Shown here one piece after another: positions 8,379-16,400 of a DNA stretch of 63,576 bases. The notes under the pieces are model-generated. The model was not told the DNA's origin. It saw only the letters and a list, made by a program, of their open reading frames with translations, and made no database searches. Source of the stretch: Planctomycetota bacterium (GTDB lineage: Bacteria; Planctomycetota; UBA8108; JACQVS01). Location of the stretch: the NCBI GenBank assembly GCA_041569895.1, contig JBFFXF010000002.1, positions 1-63,576 of the forward strand, given 5' to 3'. The position numbers were made by a program, and so were the translations under genes. Every line of letters begins with the position of its first letter. The stretch's first letter is position 1.

Positions 8379-8912
8379 GTCCCGTCCCCGTCCCCGTTCC
8401 CGTCCCCGTTCCCGTGCCCGGAAGAGCTACTCGACTCCGCCGGCGAGCCCTGAAGGCAGATGCACGGCAAGGAAGGCAGGAAGGCAGGAAAGCAGGAAGG
8501 CAGGAAAGCAGGAAGAGAGAAAGGGAACCGAGGACACGGAGCGACAGCGCGGCCGACGTCCGACGAGGACCGGAACGCAGATTACGCAGATTGCGCAGAT
8601 TACGCAGAAGGATGACCCGGGTTTCCGCGTCCTGACCGCTCATCTCGGAGTCGGAATCCGAATCGGTATCGGATTTCGGAATCGGAATCGGAATCGGTGT
8701 CGGACTCGGACTCGGAACTCGGACTCGGTCTCGGATCTCCGACCTCTGATCTCTGATCTCCGATCTCCGATCTCTGACCTCTGATCTCTGACCTCTGTCC
8801 TCCGATCTCTGTCTCAGTCTCGGTCTCCGTCCGACTCGGCCCGCTGTCTCGGTCTCCGTCTCAACTCGGCGGCGCTTCGCTGCGACTCCGGGACCGGGTC
8901 CGGGTCCGGGAC
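8379..8912 (+). repeat. Mosaic intergenic repeat, copy B, long variant (P-L-K-Q-x-E-D-P'-like)
   Basis: P 8379-8420. L 8421-8465. K 8466-8574 (GGCAGGAA 8-mers plus a unique tail). Q 8575-8608 (4 units). E 8644-8734. D 8735-8831 (degenerate). GGGACCGGGTCCGGGTCCGGGACC tail 8889-8912. Fills a convergent spacer and starts 6 nt after the stop at 8373. Confidence 0.9.
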
Positions 8913-8920
8913 CGCGTTTC

Positions 8921-11900
8921 TTACTCGCACGGCGGATGCGAATCGCACCCCAGATCTCCCGGTGAGCCCGGCTCGTCCGGGTCGAGCCCGCAGTTCTCGT
9001 GGCCCGGCGCTTCCGGCGCCGGCTGGCCGAGGAAGAGGAAGCCGAGGATGCGGATGCCGTCGGTGATGTTGATGGCGCCGTCGTTGTTGACGTCCTTGAC
9101 CTCCTGACACGAGATGTCCGGCTCGCCGAGGAAGAGGATGCCGAAGACCTTCACCGCGTCGGTGATGTTGAGAACGCCGTCCTGCGTCGTGTCGCCGCGC
9201 CGGAACTCGGTGCCGCCGCCCGGGCCGTCGGCGGTGACCATGACGTCGTCGATCGCCCACCAGCCGTTGCCGGGCTGGTAGAGGAATCCGAAGGCCACTT
9301 CGGTCTCGCCGGCGGCGTCGGGGACCTCGAATATGTACTCGTTGTAGATTACCTCGGCGTTGCCGGCGCTCCGCAGCAGCAGACCGCCGAGCTGGTACGA
9401 GAAGATCGGCTCCTCCGCGAACGTCTCGCCGCCGTCGAGGCTGAGCAGAATCGCCGCGGGTGACGCCGTCGCGAAGAGCGACGCCTTGACGTGCAGATAG
9501 ACGTTGAGCGCCTCCGAGCAGTCGATCGGCGGCGTGATGAGCGTCTCCTCCGAGAACCCCGGCCCGCAGAGCTCGTCGAAACCCGAGATCGCGAAGGCGT
9601 CGTCGAAGTGGTGCAGGCGACGGCCGTCGGCGCCGTCGGGGAACATGCCGCCGTTGAAGTTGAGCAGAGACACCGGAGTGCAGTCGGCGGTTGTCCAGGT
9701 CGCCACCTCTCCGTCCGGCGGCGGCGGCACGGTGGTCCAGTCGTCCGGGATGCCGTCCGAGAAGTCCTCGACCGGCAACAGGACGTTGCGGCCCCCGACG
9801 ACCGGCGTCGAGTCGACGCGCACGTTGTCCACCGCGATCCACCAGTCGTCGTCGGGCTCGAACTGCCGCAGCCGGACGCGCGCCTTGGCGCGTCCCGCGG
9901 CCTGGGCGCTGATGTCGACGTCGAGACGGCCGTAGAAACCGTCGGCGTTGCCGACCTGCGGTCCGCCCTCGAAGCCGTCGGGGATGTCCGCCAGCACTCT
10001 CGGCTCGACACCCGTGCGCGCGGGAGCGACGCGGCGGAAGACGTTGACCCACGTCGCGCCATCGTCCGGCGAGACGTCGACGTCGAAGACCACCGTGCCG
10101 TTGTTGTTGAGGACCGCGCTGACGTCCATGTGGAGCCAGACGGTGCCGACGCCCACGGCGCTGAAGGCGGGGCTCCAGAGATCGTGCGACCGGCCGGACC
10201 CCTGACCGTCGACGCCGCTCGCCGCGTCGGAGTCCGAGATGACGAACCGGCCCTCCGATGGCCGCCCGTCGGCCGTCGGCGGATTGGCGCGACCGCCCGG
10301 ATTGGTCACGGTCCACGCGGCGGTCTCGACGGGGTTGCCGACCTCGACGATCTGCCAGCCGGCGGCCTGGAGGTCGCTGTCGTCGGCGTAGCAGTCGAAG
10401 TCGTCGAAGAACAGCACGTCGTCGCCGACGATCCCGGGATCGAACTCCACCGTGCAGCTCAGCGGCAGGTTGGCGCACTGCTCCGGGTCGCCGCCGTTGA
10501 GGCGGATCTCGTAGTTGTACGTGCCGGCGCTGGGCAGCGACTCGTCGACGAAGTTTCCGACGTCGAGGGGCACGGTGCGCAGCGGGATGTCGTTGCGCGT
10601 GATCCGCCAGCCGGTGCCCGCGACGCCCTCGCCGGGATTCCAGCTGATCGACACGTTGCCGGTGGCCCGATCCGTGCAGCAGAGGAGGTCGGTCGGGCAC
10701 GCGAACGGCGCGCTCACCGGGATGCCCTCGGCCGACGGTCCGCCGAGCGCCGCGATGAATCCCGCCGAGAGCGCCTCGTCGCGGATCTGCACGCTGTTGA
10801 CGAGCCCGCCGGAGTTCTCGCTGTTCTCGTCCGCGAAGATGAGAATCCCCTCGAGGTCGCCGTCGTTGACGGTGTAGAGCGAGAAGCGTCCGTCGACGCC
10901 GAGCCCGGTGTTCTGTTGCGCTGGCGAGCCGTCGATGTAGCTCGAGTACGTGCCGTCGACCAGGTCGACGACGAGCGCGACGCGGTGCCACGTATCCGGC
11001 TCGATCGTGCCTCCGTAGTTTCCGGAGATGCCGATGCCGCTGTTCGACCCGTTCAGGTACCACTCGCCGTCGTTGGCGTTGTTGGTGTTCGTCTGGTAGA
11101 GACCGGCCCAGCCGGACTCGCCCCACACCGCGGCGTCGCCGGGGAACATCACGTCCATCACCAGCGTGTAGCGGTTGGTGAACTGTCCACCGCCGTTTGC
11201 GGGCAGGCCGGTGAACAGCTGGAAGTATGTCCCGCGGCCGTATCGCAGGACCTGCGCCTCCTCCCCGCCGATGGTCGCGGTCTCGAAGTCGAACTCCGGC
11301 TCGAACGCCGGCGCCGCGAATGCAGGGAGCAGATCGCGACCGCCCGAGGACGAGGAGAGGTCATCGTTGAAGTCGTACTGGTTGACGATGCCGCCGCACG
11401 GCACATCGGACCCCTCGACGGGCGTGGCAGTGACGAACGCCCCGCAGGTCAAGGTCGCGAAGCCGGGCGCGCCCGGAACCGACAGCTCGTACTGGTAGAT
11501 GCCGGGGCCGGGAACGGTATCGGTGAACGAGGACGCGTCGAGCGGCGGAGTGCCGACCTCGACGCCGTCGCGCAGGAGCCGGAGCGTCTGTCCGCCGGGG
11601 ACGTTGACGCCGGGCGTCCAGGTGAGGTCGACCACGCGCGTCTGCTGGTTCGCGCAGCACGAGAGCCCCGACGGCGCGACGAAGGTGTCGAGCGGCAGCG
11701 CCTCGCATGTCAGGATCGTCTCGCCCTCGCGAATCACCCGCACCGAATAGGTCGCACCGGCGATGCCGGGGACGTTCTCCTGAGTGAACGAATCGATGTC
11801 GCTCCCGAGGACATCGGAGAGCGCCGTGTCGCCGAGAAAGACGCGGTACGACAGGTCGCCGCAGCGCCCCGCGGGGAGCGGTCGCCACGCGACCGTCACC

Positions 11901-13228
11901 GAGCGGTTCTCCGCGTCGAAGCCGAGGGTGCGCGTGTTGAGGTTGGCGCAGTTGCACGGATCGGGACCGTTCGCGGTCACCATGACGTCGTCGATGGCCC
12001 ACCACCACTCGTTGCCGGGCCCGGCGTAGTGGAACGCGAACACCACCTCGGACTCGCCCGCGGCCTCCTCGATCTGGAAGACGCGCTCGTGATAGAAGGG
12101 CTCCTCGCCGGGATCGAAGAGGGCGCCCAGGTTGTACGAGAAGACCGGCGGCACGTCGGTGAAGGTCTCGCCGCCGTCGAGGCTGACGAGCACCTCCTGG
12201 GTGGCGCCGGTGGCGTCGATCTCTTCCCTGTAGTGGAGGAAGACGTCGTCCGCCTCGGTGAGGTCGAGGATCGGCGTGATCAGCCACTCGTCCTCGGGCG
12301 GGTCCGGATCGACGTCGGAGTCGATGATCGCGAACGGTGGATCGAGCCTGTGCACGCCGCGTCCGTCCTGCCACGGGAAGGTGTCGCCGTTGAAGCGGCC
12401 GCCCGGATCGTTCGTCGTCCACGTCTTGTCGCCCGAGTTCGGCGGATCGACCTCGGAGCGCAGCGTCCAGTTCGACGGGATGCCGGTGTTGAAGTCCTCC
12501 GGCCCGAGCATGATCACCTCGCCGCCGAGCGGCGGCGGCACGTCGTCGATGATCAGGTTGTCGACGGCGATCCACCAGTCCCAGTTCGGCTCGAAGTGCC
12601 GGAGGCGCACGCGGACCGCCGCCGAGTCCGCCGCCACGCCGGACAGATCGACGTGGAGACGTCCGAAGTAGCCGTCCGTGTTCTGCCGTGTCGGCCGCGG
12701 ATCGACGGGTCGCGACGGGGCAACGCGGCGGAAGGCGTTGGTCCACGTCGCGCCGTCGTCGAGCGAGACATCGATGTCGAAGATGCACGTCCCGTTGTTA
12801 TTGAGCTGCGCCGAGACGTCGGCGTGCAGCCAGACGGTGGTGGATCCCTCGGTGGAGAACTCCGGCGTCCAGATGTCGTGCGACTGGCCGGTCCCCGGAA
12901 TATTGGGGGTCTGCCCGCCGCAGGAGGCGTCGGAGTCGGAGATCAGGAACTGACCGGTCGACGGAAAACCGTCCTCACCCGGCGGATTCGCCCGGCCGGC
13001 GAAGTTGAGCACGGTCCACGTCGACGCGATGGCGCCGACGAGGTCGCAGTTGACGCGACCCTCCGGCGGGTCGTTCTCGTCGACGATCTGCCAGCCGGCG
13101 AGCTCCAGGTCGACATCGTCGAAGTACGACTCGAAGTCGTCGACGAGGAAGTCGACGGCGGCGACCGACCCACAGAAAGCGCACGTCAACGCGAAACAGA
13201 CGGAGAGCGAAACGATGCGAGCACGCAT
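8921..13228 (-). CDS. Large secreted MAM-like / LamG multidomain protein with C-terminal dockerin-like module (paralog 2)
   Basis: The track ORF is 8921..13351. I prefer ATG 13228 (GAGGAGG 4 nt upstream), which gives signal peptide MRARIVSLSVCFALTCAFCGSVAA. MAM-like A/B didomains (WTVLNFAGRANPPGEDG; NEWWWAIDDVMVTA), FN3-like modules, a central LamG (YTLVMDVMFP...WHRVALVVD), a second A/B pair and a dockerin-like end. Confidence 0.88.
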   Translation of the reverse strand: MRARIVSLSVCFALTCAFCGSVAAVDFLVDDFESYFDDVDLELAGWQIVDENDPPEGRVNCDLVGAIASTWTVLNFAGRANPPGEDGFPSTGQFLISDSDASCGGQTPNIPGTGQSHDIWTPEFSTEGSTTVWLHADVSAQLNNNGTCIFDIDVSLDDGATWTNAFRRVAPSRPVDPRPTRQNTDGYFGRLHVDLSGVAADSAAVRVRLRHFEPNWDWWIAVDNLIIDDVPPPLGGEVIMLGPEDFNTGIPSNWTLRSEVDPPNSGDKTWTTNDPGGRFNGDTFPWQDGRGVHRLDPPFAIIDSDVDPDPPEDEWLITPILDLTEADDVFLHYREEIDATGATQEVLVSLDGGETFTDVPPVFSYNLGALFDPGEEPFYHERVFQIEEAAGESEVVFAFHYAGPGNEWWWAIDDVMVTANGPDPCNCANLNTRTLGFDAENRSVTVAWRPLPAGRCGDLSYRVFLGDTALSDVLGSDIDSFTQENVPGIAGATYSVRVIREGETILTCEALPLDTFVAPSGLSCCANQQTRVVDLTWTPGVNVPGGQTLRLLRDGVEVGTPPLDASSFTDTVPGPGIYQYELSVPGAPGFATLTCGAFVTATPVEGSDVPCGGIVNQYDFNDDLSSSSGGRDLLPAFAAPAFEPEFDFETATIGGEEAQVLRYGRGTYFQLFTGLPANGGGQFTNRYTLVMDVMFPGDAAVWGESGWAGLYQTNTNNANDGEWYLNGSNSGIGISGNYGGTIEPDTWHRVALVVDLVDGTYSSYIDGSPAQQNTGLGVDGRFSLYTVNDGDLEGILIFADENSENSGGLVNSVQIRDEALSAGFIAALGGPSAEGIPVSAPFACPTDLLCCTDRATGNVSISWNPGEGVAGTGWRITRNDIPLRTVPLDVGNFVDESLPSAGTYNYEIRLNGGDPEQCANLPLSCTVEFDPGIVGDDVLFFDDFDCYADDSDLQAAGWQIVEVGNPVETAAWTVTNPGGRANPPTADGRPSEGRFVISDSDAASGVDGQGSGRSHDLWSPAFSAVGVGTVWLHMDVSAVLNNNGTVVFDVDVSPDDGATWVNVFRRVAPARTGVEPRVLADIPDGFEGGPQVGNADGFYGRLDVDISAQAAGRAKARVRLRQFEPDDDWWIAVDNVRVDSTPVVGGRNVLLPVEDFSDGIPDDWTTVPPPPDGEVATWTTADCTPVSLLNFNGGMFPDGADGRRLHHFDDAFAISGFDELCGPGFSEETLITPPIDCSEALNVYLHVKASLFATASPAAILLSLDGGETFAEEPIFSYQLGGLLLRSAGNAEVIYNEYIFEVPDAAGETEVAFGFLYQPGNGWWAIDDVMVTADGPGGGTEFRRGDTTQDGVLNITDAVKVFGILFLGEPDISCQEVKDVNNDGAINITDGIRILGFLFLGQPAPEAPGHENCGLDPDEPGSPGDLGCDSHPPCE
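8924..9199 (-). other. Dockerin-like repeat pair plus Cys-rich tail (paralog 2 C-terminus)
   Basis: RGDTTQDGVLNITDAVKVFGILFLGEPDISCQEVKDVNNDGAINITDGIRILGFLFLGQPAPEAPGHENCGLDPDEPGSPGDLGCDSHPPCE. Confidence 0.7.
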
Positions 13229-13443
13229 GGCGCCTCCTCGGAGAGAGGAACAGGATCCGGATCCTTGCCCTCGCGAAGCGCGAGAGCGGAACCGCGCGCG
13301 GGCGGCTCCTCGACCGCCCCCATCGTAGGACGCGTCGTGCCGGTTGCACAATGAAAATGGCGTGAGGTCTCCGCGAGCCGGCTTTACGCTGGAGTGCGGC
13401 CGGCCGACGGCTATGATGGCTGGCCGGGTGCGCTGCCCTTCAG

Positions 13444-16400
13444 ATGACGGGGTCCCTGTCGATGCGTGTTCGCCTTCTTGTTTGCCTTCTCCTCATCGTG
13501 TTCCTTGCCGTCGCGGCCCGTGATGTCCGTGCGGCGGACTGCAACCTCAACGGCGCCGATGACGCTGCCGACATCGCAGGCGGCGTGAGCGAGGACTGCA
13601 ACGCCGACGGCGTGCCCGACGAGTGCGAGGGGATGCTGCTCCGTCTCGGGCGTCGGGGGCAGACGATCGAGGTCGCGAACCGGCCGCGCGACGTGATCAC
13701 GGCCGACTTCGACGGCGACGGCGAGCTCGACATCGCGGCGGGCGTCCTCGGCAGTCGGAGCGCGAGCGTCCTGGTCTACCGCGGGCGCGGCGGCGGGGAG
13801 TTCGCGCCGCCCGAGACCTACCCGTCCGGCGCCCGCCTCGTGGGGATTGCCGCGTCCGATGTCGACGGTGACGGCGCCGTCGACATCGCGCTCGTCGACA
13901 CGGCGCGCCTGGTCGTGCGGTGGAACGCGGGCGACGGGAGCCTGGAGGAATCGACCGAGATCGACACCGGGGGCGGGACGGTGACGTTCGCGCCCATCGA
14001 CCTCGACGGCGACGGCATCGACGAGATCGTCACCACGAACCAGAGCGGCAACGAGGTGGTGATCTTCGCGCATTCGGGCGGCAGGACCCTCGTCAGCGCC
14101 GGTCGCCACCCGGTCGGCACGTTCCCGACGGCGGTGGCGGGCGGCGATCTCGACGGCGACGGTAACGTCGACCTCCTGACGTGCAACTGGCGCGCGAGCA
14201 GCATCTCGATCCTGCGCGGACTCGGCGGCGGCGAGTTCGCGCCGTCCGTCGAGCAGGTGCTGAGCGTCACGGACGCCCGGAACTTCGTGGTCGATGACTT
14301 CACCGGCAACGGCTTTCCCGACGTTGCGGTCCCGGGCCGGCAGGGGCTGGTCGTCCTCCACAACGACGGCGCCGGGCGGTTGATCGAGGTGCAGACGCTC
14401 GCGTTGACGCAGCTCTTCATCGCGTCCGCGGACCTCGACGGCGACGCGGATCCCGACCTCATCGTCGCGTCCGCGGGCGAGAAGAAGTTCTCGGTGATCG
14501 ACAACGACGGCGATGGCGTCTTTCGGGCGCGCCTGGAGTTCGGCGCGGGCGTGACGACGCGCGACCTGGCTGTCGGCGACCTCGACGGTGACGGCGACCT
14601 CGACCTCGTCGGCGCCGCCGACAACCCGGAGTCGCTGCCGATATTCTGGAACGGCGAGGAGAACAGCATCGCGATCGAGCAGACCACGCTGAGGATCGTC
14701 GAGCCGCCGCACGCCATCACCATGGGCGATCTCGACGGCGACGGCGACCTCGACGTCGCCACCGCGAACGGCCTCAGCGCCACCATCTCGATCATTCTCA
14801 ACGACGGCGAGGGAAACCTCCGGCTCAAGCAGCACGTCCGGGCGAACCACGGCAACGAGCGCGTCTACCTCAACACCATCACCTCCGGCGACCTCGACGG
14901 CGACGGCGACCTCGACCTCCTCACCGCGAGGCGCGACGCCGGCGACATCCGCGTTCTCAGGAACGACGGCAACGCGGAGTTCACCAGGGACGAGATCGAC
15001 GGCCGGCTGCGCACGGGTCGCTTCGCGTTCCACGTCGCCGCGGCGGACCTCGACGGCGACACGCGCTCGGATCTGCTCTGCGTCAACCAGGCGTCGAACA
15101 CCATCTCCGTCTTCCTGGACGACGACGACCGGTCCCTGCAAACCGGAACGCAGTACCGCGTTCCGTCGCAGCCGACGTCGGTCACGAGCGGCGACGTCGA
15201 CGGGGACGGTGACGAGGACGTGATCGTCTCGAGCCTGAGCGGCCAGAGCGTCACGGTGTTCCCGAACGACGGATCGGGCGTCCTGGGGCGGAGCACGGCG
15301 ATCCGCCTCGGCCAGTCGGCGGCGTTCGTGGTGGTGGGGGACTGGGACCGGGACGGTCACCGCGATCTGGCGACCGCGAACAACCCGAACCGCACCATCT
15401 CCGTGCTGCGCGGGCGCGGCGACGGCACTTTCGAGGAGCCGAGGCGTTTCGGCGTCGGCGACTATCCCTACTCGCTGACCGTGATCGACCTCGATGGCGA
15501 CGGCTTCGATGACCTGCTCGCGTGCACCAACGAGGCCCCTGGCGGAAACGACCTGCGCACCGTGACGCTGATGCTCAACGACGGCGCCGGCGGGTTCTTC
15601 GCGTCGGCGCGCTTCACGGTGGGCGTGCAGCCGCGCTACAGCGCTGCCGGCGACCTGGACGGCGACGGAGACAAGGATTTCGTCGTCGCGAACCACATCT
15701 CCGACGACCTGACGATCCACCTGAACCGCACGCCGCTGCGGACCGACGTGGACTACCTGTCCGAGATCTGCACCCCCGAGGACTTCCGCAAGCTGTCGCT
15801 GCGATCGCGGAGCCCGCCGATCGACCGGACGCTCAAGTACTCGGTGCCGGCGCGCGACGACGCGGGCCTCCTCGGCGTCGTCTACCAGAACTCGTGGCGC
15901 TACAGCCTGCACGAGAACTTCCTGCGCAGCGTCTTCCCCGACCGCTTCGCGGCGCTGACGAAGGAGGAGTACGATCGGATCACCGGGCTGCGCGCGACGC
16001 GCGAGTACTACGTCGGCGTGATCGCGCGCATCCGGACGCGGGACGGCATCGTCTACGGGTTCTCGATCGTCGCCGACCTGCGTGACCCGGAGGAGGCGCT
16101 GCGGCTCGACGAGGTGCGCCGCGTGTACGACCTGCTGCGCGGGACGTTCTCCGCCGGTCCGCTCGCGTACCGGCCGCTCGACGACATCGAGAAGCGCGCC
16201 GCGGAGCAATGGGTCGATCCCGGCTTCGACATCATCGACGTCGACACGTCGGGGATCGCGTTCCAGGCCTACACCCTGGGCGTCGGGTTCGGCCGCGTGC
16301 GGCTGATGGACGAGGCGCAGTTCAACAGGGCGAACGAGCGCGGATTGTTCACCTTCCAGGACCTCCTCGTTCTCGATCACGCGCCGCGCGACATCGAGGG

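Noticed and set aside
1468-13228. Diversity-generating retroelement or phase-variable cassette explanation for the repeated A/B domains
   Set aside because: There is no reverse transcriptase in the window. There is no near-identical template/variable repeat pair, and no adenine-specific mismatch pattern. The copies are moderately diverged along their whole length, like ordinary paralogous domains.
9491-13354. 1287-aa plus-strand ORF antisense to gene 8921..13228
   Set aside because: Same mirror-ORF artefact. It has no start context or domains, and the opposite strand has clear domain architecture.
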